Shown here: one piece after another, positions 26,437-39,644 of the stretch
Numbering within the stretch: the stretch's first letter is position 1
Layout: each line of letters starts with the position of its first letter
Origin: Cetorhinus maximus
Lineage: Eukaryota
Assembly: GCF_964194155.1 (NCBI RefSeq)
Contig: NC_135882.1
Span: forward strand, 121,396,001 to 121,460,000
Direction: 5' to 3'
DNA: 64,000 nt
Notes under the pieces: model-generated
Seen by the model: only the letters and a program-made list of their open reading frames with translations
Database searches by the model: none
Told to the model about the DNA's origin: nothing
Translations under genes and position numbers: made by a program

Positions 26437-27945
26437 TTCATTCATGGGATGTGAGTGTCGCTGGCTAGGCCAGCATTTATTGCCCATCCCTAACTGCCTT
26501 CGAGAAGGTGGTGGCGAGCACTTTCTTGAACTGCTGCAGGTACACCCACAGTGCCGATAGGGAGGGAGTTCCAGGATTATGAGCTAGCGACAGTGAAGGG
26601 GCGGCGATATATTTCCAAGTCAGGATGGTGAGTGGCTTGGAGGGAAACTTCCAGGTGGTGTTCCCACATGTCTGCTGGCCTTGTCCTTCTAGATGGTAGT
26701 GGTCATGGGTTTGGAAGATGCTGTCAAAGGAGACTTAGTGAGTTCCTGCAATGAATCTTGTAGATGGCACACACTGCTGCCACTGTGCGCGGTGGTGGAG
26801 GGAGTGAATGTTTGTGGATGGGGTGCCAATCAAGCAGGCTGCTTTGTCCTGGATGGTGTCAAGCTTCTTGAGTGTTGTTGAAGCTGCACTCACCCAGGCA
26901 AGTGGAGAGTCTTCCAGCACACTCCTGACTTGTGCCTTGAAGACGGTGGACAAGCTTTGGGAAGTCAGGAGGTGAGTTACTCACCACACAATTCCTAGCC
27001 GCTGAGCTGCTCTTGTAGCCACAGTGTTTATATTCCAGTTCAGTTTCTGGTCAATTGTAATCCCCAGGATGTTGATAGTTGGGTATTCAGTGACAGTAAT
27101 GCCACTGAATGTCAATGGGTGATGGTTAGATTCTCTCTTCTTGGAAATGGTCATTACCTGGCACTTGTGTGGCACGTATGTTACTTGCCATCTGTCATCC
27201 CAAGCCTCAATATTGTCCAGGTCTTGCTGCATTTGGACATGGTCTACTTTAGAGTCTGAGGAGTCTCGAATGGTGCTGAACATTGTGCAATCATCAGCGA
27301 ACATCCCCACTTCTGACCTTGTAATGGAAGGAAGGACATTGATGAAGCAGCTGAAGGTAGTTGGGCCTAGGGCACTACCCTGAGGAACTCCTGCAGCGAT
27401 GTCCTGGAGCTGAGATGATTGATCTCCAAGAACCACAACCACCTTCCTTTGTGTTCAGTATGAATCCAACCAACAGAGAGTTTTCCCTGATTCCAATTGA
27501 CTCCAGTTTTTGTTAGGGCTCCTTGATGCCACACTCGGTCAAATGCTGTCTTGATGTCAAGGGCAGTCACTCTCACCTCACCTCTAGAGTTCAGCTCTTT
27601 TGTCCGTCTTTAAACCACAACTGTAAAGAGGTCAGGAACTGAGTGATTCCTGGCGGAACCCAAACTGAGCATCAGTGAGCAGGTTATTACTAAGCAAGTG
27701 CCGCTTGATAGCACTGGCGATGACCCCTTCCATTACTTTACTGATGATCGAGAGTAGACTGACGGGGCGGTAATTAACCGGGTTGGATTTGTCCTTTTTT
27801 TGTGTACAGGGCATACCTGGGCAATGTTCCACATTGCCGGGTAGATGCCAGTGTTATGGCTGTAGTGGAACAGCTTGGCTAGGGTCACCACACGTTCTGG
27901 AGCACAAGTCTTCAGTACTGTTGCTGGAATATTATCAGGGCCCAC
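26437..27945 (-). mobile_element. CR1/L2-clade LINE, RT to 3' end
   Basis: NYRPVSLLSIISKVME, ALDIKTAFDRVWH, GVPQGSALGP, FADD; tail ...gggatgggcaataaatgctggcctagccagcgacactcacatcccatgaatgaa. Confidence 0.9.
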
Positions 27946-29868
27946 AGCCCATATTATCAATAAAACATTTGCTTAAGGTATTTCTCAGATGCTTTCTCAA
28001 AAAATGTAGCTTGATGGTGCTAAGTGCCATACTACAGAATCACAGATGTTTAAGCACAGAGGGAGAATATTCTGGCCCATCAATACCAAATCCACACGAA
28101 AATTGTCTATTCTCACCCTGGTTTCCTCCTCCTTTCCCTGTACTCCAATATTTTTATTCAAATGTTTATCTAACTCCCTCTTAGGCACATCTTGGCATCA
28201 CACGGAAAGAGAAGTCACCAATGAAGTAGTCCTTTCTAAGGCAAATATGCTGAGCATGCTAGTGCTAACCAAGCAAAGAAGGCTTGGCCTGTGCACAGGA
28301 TGGAAGATGTCCACATCCTTGAGGATCTGCTATAAGAGAGGTAGCCCAAGCCTAGAGGCCAGCAGGATGTCCAAAGCTCCGATTCAAGAGTGCTTTAAAA
28401 AGAAACATGAAAGCCCTCCACATGAATCACGACAAGTGGGAACTCTAGCTGACAATCAATGCAAATCATGACACCGCTGTGGGCAGGAATTCGCCACCAC
28501 AACGGTATATGGTTTCAGAGGCTCCAAAGCAGACGTCAGCCCTGCAAACAAGGCATCAGCAAAAATCATCCTGCACTACTGGCAAGGGACAACTTTACGT
28601 GTGTGGCAGACTTTACTTTTCCAGAATCAGCTTGTTCAGCCATCAAAAGAAGTGTAGCAGATGATCTCATCTGGCCTCACCAAAGTTCTGAAGTTGCACT
28701 CCCATTATCTCTCGCAGCTGCAAGGATGCCAATCAGCTCTTAGATGCTATGATTTAACTGCTTTCAACAGCCACTTGTGGTAACTTATTTTAGTGTAACG
28801 CCTGAAAACATGTTCTAACCTCCACCTTTACATTTCTCGTATTAATCCTAAATTTTTGTTCCCTTGTTACCAATTTGACAATCAGCAGAAATAATTTTTC
28901 ACTATTTACCCTCTAAAATACCAGTACTGCCAGAATTTTAAACACTTCTATTAGATCTTCACTTAACCACTCTACTCCAATACCATTTTAACTTCTACAA
29001 ATCATCAAAACTATATCCTCTAATGTCAAATATCAATCTGGTGAATCTACACAGCACATTTTCCATGGTTACTATATCCTTCCGGCAGTTCTGAGCACCC
29101 CATTGTATGCACTATTTACTCTGATTACCATTTAATTCTAAGAGACCTATTGGACCAAGTAGGTAGATTAGCTGAAATATGCCAGATTGTTTTTAAATGT
29201 GAATAAATGCTGGGTAATGCATGTAGGAACGGGTCAGGAATAAACATCTGTAAGACATAAAAGGGTCTCAACCAAGACGCTGAAAAGTAAAAGGATTTTG
29301 GAGTGATCATTGATCATATTCAGAAAGCATCTGGTCAGTGCCAAGTAATTATCAATAAAACAAATCAGACGCTGGGAGCAAACAAAGATCAAATCAGAAC
29401 AATATAGACTGATCAATGCTGACGTTAATAATATAGAAAGTACAGAAAATAGGCCGTTCGATATGTATGCTCTGGACTATAGTGTTTCATTTCAGTCACT
29501 CTACTGCAAAGGAGATAGGTACATTAGAGTTTAGAGAAGAATGACCAGGATGACACCAGGATTTAATGGACCAGGCTATGAAGAAAGTGACTAAGTTTAT
29601 TTGCAATGGAGAAAAATGAAGACCTGATATAGCTAATGAAATTTGTAAATAAGATTACATAACAAAGCTGTTTATTTTGAATATGAACAGAAGACACAAA
29701 TACAAAATATACAAACATTGAACAAAGTGGAAGGATAGAGAGAACTCTTTCTCCATTACTCCCCCCTCTATCCAAACAGAAAGGTGGACATGTGGAACAT
29801 ACATACCCATAATTATGTGGCATACAACTAGTTTGTGCTTGCTATATAAAAGCGAGTTCTTCCTTTAC

Positions 29869-30010
29869 CTTATACTGTGTTCTTGTGATGATTGTGTATC
29901 TGGTACATATGCAGTAACTTGTGCAGAATATGGGGCACTCATGTCGACCATGTCAACGTTTTGAGAAAGCGTAGGGCCTGGAATTGTTGTTCTTGAAGAG
30001 GAGCAAGTTT
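29869..30010 (-). CDS. NBN: NBN exon 9
   Basis: TCSSSRTTIPGPTLSQNVD...TAYVPDTQSSQ; contains the PGPxLSQ ATM site (human S343); 142 nt, phases fit. Confidence 0.92.
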
Positions 30011-31409
30011 CTAAAAATAAATAAGAAAATCCTAATTTTTCAAATCAAGTCCATAATAAAGCAACATGGGCCTAAAATGCTTTGCATAAAAAATGGCAAT
30101 AAACACAGCCTTCCCAGTATCTCCCACATGTATGGGGATCCAGAATTCAGCGTTGGAGGAACCTCAGCAAGTGCCCTTATCCAATAGGTACGAGGTTCTT
30201 GGTTCCGATGTGGATGAGGGCACAGGCTGCAGGGAGGATGAGCGAACTGACCACAGCACTGTGGTACAGAGCATTCAAGTTGGAGGAGGAAAGAGAAATG
30301 TAGCAGTAAGAAGGGATAGCATAGTTAGGAGAATAGATACTGTTCTCTGCAGCAAAGAAAGAGTCCCGAAGACAGTGTTGCCTACCTGGTGCCAAAGTTA
30401 AGGATATCTCTTCTGGGCTGGGGAGGAACTTGGAGTGGGAGAAGAAGGATCCAGTTGTCGTGGTCCACGTAGGTACCAATGACATAGGTAGGACAAGAAA
30501 AGGGGTTCTGCTGAGGGACTACGAGCAACTCGGGGCTAAATTAAAGAACAGAACCACAAAGGTAATAATCTCCGGATTACTACCTGAGCCCCGTGCAAAT
30601 TGGCGTAGGGTAAATAAGATTAGAGAGGTAAATGTGTGGCTCAAAGATTGGTGTGGGAGAAATGGGTTCTGATTCATGGGGCACTGGCACCAGTACTGGG
30701 GAAGGAGAGAGCTGTTCTGTTGGGACGGGCTTCATTTGAACAATGCTGGGACCAGTGTCCTGGCGAATTGTATAACTAGGGTTATAAATAGGGCTTTAAA
30801 CTAATTAGTCGGGGGAGGGTTCAATTGAAGGGAAGTTTAGAAAATCAAAAATAAACGAGAAAGCAGAGGTGCAGGGTAGTGAAGAGGCGAATGATAATCA
30901 AAGTGTGACTGGAAGGGGCAGAAAATATAAGCACGAGAATGCAGCAGAAATTAGAACCAAAATGGGTAATAATGATAAAAAGTCAAAGCTTAAGGCTCTT
31001 TATCTGAATGTAAGCAGCATTTGTAACAAGATAGATGAGTTGACAGCATAAATAGACATAAATGGATATGACTTGATAGCTATTACAGAGATTGTAAGGT
31101 GACCAAGGCTGGGAACTCAATATTCAAAGGTATTCGACGTTCCAGAAAAATAAGCAAAAAGGAAAAGGAGATGGGGTAGCTTTGTTAATGAAGGCAGGTA
31201 TCAGTGCGGTGGTGAGTAGTGATATAGGTGCAATAGATCATGATGTGGAATCAGTTTGGGTGGAAAAAGAGAATAACAAGGGGAAGAAGTCATGGGTGGA
31301 AGTCGTCTTTCGGCCCCCGAAGAGTTGCCTCGCTGTAGGACAAAGTATAAATCGGGAAATAATGGAGTTGTGTAAGAAGGGTGCTACAATTGTCATGGGT
31401 GAATTTAAT

Positions 31410-32379
31410 AGAAACCATAGAAAAGTTAAAGCACAGAAGGAGGCCATTCGGCCCATCTTGTCCATGCCAGCCCGAGGACACCCAGGTGCCCTTTCTAATC
31501 TCACCTTCCTGCACCCGGCCCATAGCCCTGCAGCTTACAGCACTTAAGGTTCAGATCCAGGTACTTTTTAAAAGAGTTTAGAGTTTCTGTCTCTACCACC
31601 AACTTGGACAGCGAATTCCAGACACCCACTATCCTCTGCATAAAAAAGTTCTTCCTCATGTCCCCCCTACACCTTCTACCACTTATCTTGAATCTATGTC
31701 CACTGGTTCTAGAATTCTCCACCAAGGGAAACAATTTTATCCTGTCCACTCTATCTATTCCCCTCATAATTTTGTACACCTCAATCAAGTCACCTCTCAG
31801 CCTTCTTTGTTCTATGGAAAATAACTCCAACCTATCCAATCTCTCCTTGTAGCTACATTTTTCTAAACCTGGCAACATTCTTGTAAACCTCCTCTGCACT
31901 CTCTCCAGAGCTATTACACCCTTCCTGTAATATGGTGACCAGAACTGCACACAATACTCCAGTTGTGGCCTCACCAGTGTTTTATACAATTCCAACAATA
32001 TATCCTTACTTTTATATTCTATACCTCTGCCAATGAAGGAGAGCATTCCATATGCCTTCTTTACAACCTTGTATACTTGAACGGCTGCCTTCAGGGACCT
32101 GTGTACTTGTACGCCAAGATCTCTCACTTCATCTACCCCTCTTAGTATATTCCCATTTATTGTCTAATCCCTGTAACTGTTTGACCTCCCTAAATGTATG
32201 ACCTCACACTTCTCTATGTTAAAATCCATCTGCCACTTTACCGCCCTCTCCACCAACCCATCTATATCATTTTGGAGATTATGGCTATCCTCTACACTAT
32301 CCACTACTCGGCCAGTCTTTGTGTCATCTGCACATTTCCCAATCGTGCCCCCCACGTTCACGTCCAAATCGTTAATATG
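31410..32379 (-). mobile_element. Younger 5'-truncated CR1 LINE inserted into the CR1 above
   Basis: RT C-terminal ORF LYKTLVRPQLEYCVQFWSP...RRLRGDLIEVYKI (31501-32127), ADDTK motif. Confidence 0.92.
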
Positions 32380-32923
32380 GGGAAGAATTTTGCCCTTGGT
32401 GGGCGTGCGGGCCCCACCGGCTCGACGGCGGGCGGATAGCCAACCCCCGCCACTGAAACAGGGCCCGCCGCCATTTTGAGTGGGCAGGCCAATTAAGGCC
32501 TGCCCAGCAGTCTTCCCGAAGGGGGCGGGGGGGGAATCCAGAGCTGTCAAAGTGCGCTCATTCACGCATGCGCGTGAAAGAGCGCACTGCTCCCTGAGAC
32601 TAAGTGCTGTCTCAGGGAGATTAGTGACAATGCACAAAAGTTAAAAAATAGAAAAATAAAAATATTATTAACATGTCCCTCTCATGTGACAATGTCACAC
32701 GAGATGGGACATGTTAATAAAAATGACGTAAACTTTATTAAACTTTTTTAAAATGGACATGAAACCTCATCCTGCCAGTGGATGAGGTTTCATGTATTAT
32801 CAGAAGCCCGCTGGGGCTCCTGGCCTGCCCTCCAGCCTTAAGGTTGGATGGGCAGGTCTTTAATGATTTTAATTAGCCTGTCAATGGCCCCGCCCCCAAA
32901 TCGCCGACAGGAAAATCCTGGCC
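32380..32923. mobile_element. Harbinger-family MITE nested in CR1
   Basis: GGGAAGAATTTT...AATCCTGGCC. Confidence 0.86.
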
Positions 32924-34270
32924 ATATAATCTGCATATTGACTGGACAAATCAGATTGGAGGGGTAGCATGGAAGACAAATTTCTAGAGTACATAAAGGA
33001 TTAGAACAATACGTTGCAGAACCTACCCAGGAACAGGCTATTTTAGATCTAGTAATATGTAATGAGGTAGGATTAATAAGAGATCTCGTAGTTAAGGATC
33101 CTCTAGGGGGTAGCAATTACAACATGGTAGAATTTCAAATTCACTTTGAGGGCAAGCAACTCGGATCTCAAACCAGTGTCCTCAACTTAAATAAGGACAA
33201 TTACAGAGGTATGAAGAAAGAGTTGTCTAAAGTGGGCTGGGAAAATAGATTAAAGGGAGGTCAGCGGATGAGCCGTGGCAGACATTTAAGCAGATACTTC
33301 ATAACGTTCAGCAACAATTTATCCCGGTTAGAAAGAAGGACTTGATGAGAAGGATCAACCACCCGTGGTTAACAAAGGCGGTCAAGGAGAGTATCCAATC
33401 AAAAACTAAGGCATACAAAGTGGCGAAAACTAGTGTTAGGCCAGAGGATTGGGATTTTTTTTAGGAACCAGCAGCGGATGACTAAAAAGCTAATAAAGAG
33501 GGAGAAAAATGATTATGAAATTAAATTGGCAAGGAATATAAAAACAAAAAGCAAGAGCTTCTACGGGTATATAAAAAGAGAGTAGTTAAAGTGAGCGTGG
33601 GACCCTTGGAGGATGCAGCTGAGAATTGATAACAGGGAACAGGAAAACAGCAGATAATTTAAACCAATGTTTGCATTGGTCTTCACGGTGGAGGACACTA
33701 TAAACATTCCAAAGATATCAGATAAGCAAGGTGCTAATGGAGGAAACAGCCTCTATCACAAGGGACAAATTATTTGAGAAATTAATGGGACCTGATGGGA
33801 GAGATGAGGCCTGAGGCAGATCAGCCATGATCCTAATGGCGGGCAGGCTTGAGGGGCTGAGCGGCCTACTCCTGCTCCTTTTCTTATGTACGCTAGCTAG
33901 ACTATAACAAATGTTAAATGATTAGCCTCTTCAAGGAGGTGAAACCAGAATGGAGATGCAAGGAAACAACACCCTTGGTTACTAGATTTACTCATCAAAA
34001 TGTTTAGCTCTAATAAATGTATGTACCTTTGTGGACTGCTGCAGGCCTTACAAGGATTGTGCTCTCAGGACGACATTGAGCAGGGAACTCCAGAATTTTG
34101 ACCCAGTGACAACCAAGGTCAGTTTTGACGAAAATAACTGTACTGAACTTATAGAAGGCATGTTAAAATGTCAAAGCTTCAGTGTACCCTCACAACAGCA
34201 TGCGTTTTTCTCACCATAGCTCACAGCTGAATTAGACATGACAGGCTAGTGACATATTTTATATACTTAC

Positions 34271-34368
34271 CATGATCAGGCTTTTGATGGGGATTACAAT
34301 AAACATCTGTTGAGTTGTGAAGAACTGCTAAACCAATTTCTGCCTCAGGTATAGCACGCAGTCCCTTT
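34271..34368 (-). CDS. NBN: NBN exon 8
   Basis: KGLRAIPEAEIGLAVLHNSTDVYCNP; 98 nt, AG/GT. Confidence 0.96.
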
Positions 34369-34899
34369 CTAGTCAAACAGAAAACATTCTGGTTAATACA
34401 AAGTGCCACATGGATAGCCAACTTTGAAGAGACCAGTTACATACCAATCCACACCTAGGTTTTAAGTGTATAATTCCTATTCTTTGATTTTGAAGTGGCT
34501 ATTTATATGCAAGTAGTTTCATCTATCACTAGATAGTATTAAGAATCAACCATATGTTTTGTAGAGCTGGAGTCATGTGCAACTATTTATGGTAATTTTT
34601 CTGGGGATGGCACACAAATTGCAAGTTTATTAAATTCAGTTTCACAACATGCCATGGTGTGATGTGAACTATTGACTCATGGATTCCTGGTCCAGTACCA
34701 TTGCAACTAGTCCTTTACATTTTTTTACATGGAAAGATTAAAAAATGCAATAATACTCTTTAACGCACCTATTATTCATTTGGTATATTTTCTGAAAATA
34801 GCAGATATAAGATACCAAAAATATAATTTCTAAATTCATCAACATTGACCTATGGCCAATAAATTGATAATGCCCGTCTACTGTTACCTATTGACTAAT

Positions 34900-35520
34900 A
34901 TAGGGGAATTGAATACAAAAATAGGGAGGTTATGCTTCAGTTGAACAGGGCACTGGTGAAACCACATCTGGAGTATTGTGTAAAGTATTGGTCTCCTTAT
35001 ACAAGAGGTGTAAATGTATTAGAAGCAGTTCAGAGGTGGTTTACTAGGCTAATACCAGGAAATGGGGGGTGGGGGGGGGGTTGTCTCACGAAGAAAGATT
35101 GGACAGGTTAGGATTATATCCACTGGAGTTTAGAAGAGTAAGAGGTGACTTGATCAAAACCTTCGAGATCCTGAGGGGTCTTGGCAGAGTGGATTTGGAG
35201 AGTGTTTCCTCTTGTGGGAGAATCTAGAACTAGAGGGTCACTGTTTAAAAATAAAGGGTTGCTCATTTAAGACAGAGATGAGGAGAATTTTTTTCACTCA
35301 GAGGGCCATGAGTCTTTGGAACTCTTCCTCAAAAGGCAATGGAAGCAGGGTCTTTGAATATTTTTAAGGCAGGCTAGATAGATTCTTGCTTAACAAGTGG
35401 ATGAAAGGTTAACGGGGTAGGCGGGAGGTTACAATCAGATCAGCCATGATCTTACTGAATGGCGGAGCATGCTTGAAGAGTTGAGTGGCCTACTCCTGCT
35501 CTTAGTTTGTATGTTTGTAT
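34900..35520 (+). mobile_element. CR1 LINE 3' fragment
   Basis: GIEYKNREVML..LVKPHLEYC; tail gatcagccatgatc...ggcctactcctgctc. Confidence 0.82.
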
Positions 35521-35549
35521 ATATGTTCTGTACCAAGTTGGTTATGTAC

Positions 35550-35737
35550 CGTTGTAAAGTTTTCATCACTGATTCAATCCATTTTTCTGCTGAACTTGAC
35601 ATAGTTTGAGAATCTGACATGCCAACATCAATGACACAGCTTCCTGGTACTTCAAGGAATGACACATTTGAGGTACAATTCTCGAAAAGTTGAACATCCC
35701 CTCCACCAAGAGTGAGAGCAGAATTCAGCCTCTTGTG
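35550..35737 (-). CDS. NBN: NBN exon 7 (BRCT2)
   Basis: HKRLNSALTLGGGDV...PGSCVIDVGMSDSQT...KWIESVMKTLQR; 188 nt. SQ equivalent to human S278. Confidence 0.95.
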
Positions 35738-36888
35738 CTGCAGGACAAGTCACATGTATAGTTAATAGCCATCAAAAATACAATGGTATAAAGTATTGGT
35801 GGGAATCTAATTATGCTAGATGTGATATTTTTGTTAAAAATATACATGAATAAAAGCCATGCGTAATACTAAGTAATAAATTATCTAGTCATTTGAATTA
35901 AGCAATGGAACTAACATGAAAGAAAGAAATTAGTGTTCAAAAATTTTAAATCATCAATAAGAGAAACTGGCAGGCGGGTCAGTAACCACAGGACAGATTT
36001 AAGATTATTGACAAAAGGTCCAAGGGTAAATGAGAATTTTTTTTTCATACTCTGCAACGCGCTACCTGAAAACATGGTGGACACAAAACCAATAATACCT
36101 TTCAATTGGGACATGTCAAAAGTTTGTTTAAATGTAAGGACAGCAGTATTTCCATTTAAATTAAAGGAGAAAACAACATCACATCTATAGATGTACAAAA
36201 GTCATGGGATTGTTTGCAAGTGAACACCCACTTTCCACCAAACTGCATTTTAGTGAAAGAGTTGAACACCCTACCCTCACCCCACACCACCTCCTGGACT
36301 CCCCCAACCGCATCCATGCACCTGTTGAGGCCGGAAGGAGAGTGCTGCTGCCAGTGCTGCACTGCTGCTCTGTCATGGCTACGTGTGCTCATGTGCATTA
36401 TGCTGGCTCTGGACTGTGCATGTGCAGACACAAACCACAAGACAAAAGGAAGAAATCTGGGACCTATGGCATCTCATGGAAGCTCACACCCGGGATGCGG
36501 GACAAGAGAGCAGATTCAAGGGCAGTCCCGAAAACCCAGGGCTGTTAGTCACCTTGGTCTCATTAAACCTGTTTTTTCAGGTTATTTTTTGTCTTCTACT
36601 ATGAAGGTTGATATAAAATATTTGTTTATTTTCCTTATTTTCCATTTTAATTTCCCCTGTCTCAACCTCTAAGAAATTCACATATACTTTCTTTACTCTC
36701 TTCCTTTTTACATACTTGCAGAAGCTCTTACAATCTGTTTTTATATTTCTTGCTAGTTTTCTTTAATATTCTGTTTTCACCCGTGTTATAAATATTTAAG
36801 TCGCCCTTTGCTGGCAAACTCACCCAATCTTCAAGCTTACTGCTCTTCTTAGCAATATTATAAGCCTCTCCTTTTCATCTAATACTAG

Positions 36889-37558
36889 GGGCAGAATTTT
36901 ACGCTCGGTGTGCAGGAGCGTGCCCGACACGCCCAAGCTTAAAATGATGCATGATGATGTCGGGTGCGTGTTCCGTCATCATCGCGCACTCGCGCAATAT
37001 TTCGTTTGGTGGGCGCACGTGGGAGTTGGCTGCGCACCTGCCAACAATTGAAAGGCCTATTAAAGCCATAAACAAGCTAATTAAAATCAAATTTACACTG
37101 CCCATCCAACCTTACAGTTGGCAGGCAGGCGAAAAAGCCTTTACATCCATTAGGAAACCTCATCCACAAGCAGGATGATGTTTCCTAAAGCAAATAAACA
37201 TTAACTAAAAACTTTATTTTTGAATTAAAAACATGTCCCAGCTCATGTGACAGAGTCACATGAGGGGGCATTTTTTTTGAGTTTTTACTGCCTTTATTAA
37301 TTTTCTTAAAAAGCGCTTCAACCTCTGAGATAACTCCATGCCTCAGAAAGATTGAAGCACCCTTTCGCGCATGTGCACGAACTGCGCGCCAGGCCCGCTC
37401 TCCCTCCTCCCCCTGCCCACACAGGTAGCGCTGCCGCTCGCGATCCACACAAGGCGGGCCTTAATTGGCCTGCCCGTGTGAAATCGTAGAGTGGAGCCAA
37501 GCGCAGGCGGTGGTCGGCTTCCAGACCGCCCCCGCCCAATGAGGGAAAAATTCTGGCC
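36889..37558. mobile_element. Harbinger-family MITE
   Basis: GGGCAGAATTTT...AATTCTGGCC, flanks TAG/TAA. Confidence 0.87.
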
Positions 37559-37823
37559 TATAATACTATCTGTGACCTCTTTGGCTAGTTCTGTCGTTGT
37601 TGAAAGTTTCAGTCTGACTTTAAATGTTTTTATTTTAAAAATCTGATACAACTTTACATTGGAAGTACAGTACTACTCAGTTACTTATACTTAAAAGATA
37701 ATCTTTTCTTTGCACAATAATTCACACACAAAAATGTGGGCATATGTTTTACATCAGGAGCTTGAAGTCACTAATACATTTAATACTATTGAAGATTTTT
37801 CCTCTTTGAAATGCAACTATTAC

Positions 37824-37941
37824 CTGCTTTCCATTCAAAAGGAAGAACGTTTTGCCTCTAAAAATCGATTTTCTCTCAGGTTTTATTGAGATATCCACCT
37901 CTCCAGGTCTGATATTAGGTTCATCAATAGGTGGAGTAAAA
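37824..37941 (-). CDS. NBN: NBN exon 6
   Basis: [39 protein letters not shown]; 118 nt, AG/GT. Confidence 0.96.
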
Positions 37942-39644
37942 CTGCCAGGAACAAAATTTGTATCATTTTTTTTTTGGTTTTGCTTCAAAGTTCAGAATGA
38001 AAAGAATTAAATAATGTGCTTGCCAGCAAGCAGTCCATTTAGATACAATACATAATGTTATTTCTTAACTGTAGAAACAAAATGAAGAATGCCTGAAGCT
38101 ATCACTTGTTTAGGCACAGTTTAATTTGATATTAAAATAAATAAATACATAATTTCGAATTCTGTCATTGTGCTTTGAGCTCGGTCTGTGCATCATACAA
38201 ATTGCAATCTTCAAGATTTTGCATTGATTTCCATTTGTCCATTCTCTAAGCTAACCAAAAGCCAGTCAAAATTTTCAAAAGTCCAAAACGGATACATTTT
38301 ATGAGGCATAGTGCTTAAATGCAGATTTATGAAATCATCTTAAAGTTAAAATGAAATCCTTTGTTAATTAGAAAACAGAATAATATAACGTCAAACTAAT
38401 TTCAATAGCAACCGCTAAATTATATAAAATCACTGTTCCAAACATTATCACACAATTCATTGCATTGTGCATCATTATTGGAGTTTTTTGCTTCCGGCTC
38501 AATGCCAAATTTGTTCCACCCGACTTTGGCTTGTCAATATCCTCTTCTGGTAAGAATTAGGTATTGCAACAGTACACAACAGAATGAAACTTTGCTTTTC
38601 ACCAAAGAATCTGAGCAAAGATTCTGGAAATTAAATATGTAATTATTTTATGATCCTAAAAATTATTTGTTCTCTGAAGGGGAGGAAATGAGGGAATGGA
38701 AAAAAAGGAGGGAAGAAGAGGGGCAGAGGAGGAACAGGTAGAAAAGACAGAAAGGAAAGGAAGTGAGCAGAAGCAAGGGAGAGGGGAGAAGAGGAGGACA
38801 ACGAGCTGGAAGCAGCACTGCACTCAGCTCTACCCTCAATGGAAATTCTGATGATTTGTCTCAGCAGGGCAGTTAAGGCAAACAAGTTTCCAGTATGCAA
38901 ACGTTTGGGGTGGAGGTTTCATTCATTAACGTGGGTGGTTTTTGTTGCTGTTTTATTTAGTCTCTTGTTGGGGACCAGGGCAAGTTGGAGGTGATTGCTG
39001 CACCAGTGGCAAGGTGAGTAGACATTTCCTGGGATTGTTTAATATCATGCAATTCTGAATGTTCAGAAATTGACCTTTTGTTGAAAGCGGGGGTCCAGTG
39101 CAAAAATATTGTCCTCAACTCTAGGGCCAGAATTTTCCCGCTGACATGTGGGGGCCACACACCAACACGTAAAATGATGTGCGGTGGCGTCGGGCGAGCT
39201 TTCCGATGTCACTGCGCACCATCGTGCTATTTAGGTGGACAAGCGCGCGATATTCTCCAATGCGCGCCCGCCATTAATTAATCATGTAGTTGAGGCCCTT
39301 GAGGCAGAATTTTTTGGGGCCCGTGCGATCTTCAGGATGTTGCAAGGGCGCAACGGGCAGGTGGGTAGGAGACATTTGTATAACCCTCATCCAAGGGTGG
39401 GATAAGCGAGGCAAGTGGAGAAGACTGCACACAATTCCGCCGAGCGGATATGGACTATCGGAGGCGAATGTTATCTGTCAGATATTTAATTGTGAAAGTT
39501 ACTGATGCTTGTCTGTGTAAGCAGGAATACTTCAAAACTCATATCAGCTGCTTGGACAGGATTAACAGCCTTCAGGTTAGGACTCTACAGTGAAGGTCAT
39601 TTTTGGGGCCTGCAGGTTTCAGGAAGCCTTCCCTTAGCCTGGGA

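Larger units (their letters stand above)
30130..33890 (+). mobile_element. CR1 LINE remnant (ORF1 SGNH esterase + ORF2 endonuclease), interrupted
   Basis: VPLSNRYEVL, VVVHVGTNDIG, IISGLLP, LYLNVSSICNKIDEL, LGGSNYNMVEF; CR1 3' tail near 33820-33890. Confidence 0.88.

Noticed and set aside
28180-28760. GC-richer block with overlapping ORFs as a host exon
   Set aside because: No recognisable motifs, and NBN exons 9 and 10 already join in frame; probably an old TE fragment that I cannot assign.
38676-38810. Purine-rich GA tract
   Set aside because: Low-complexity sequence with no further structure.
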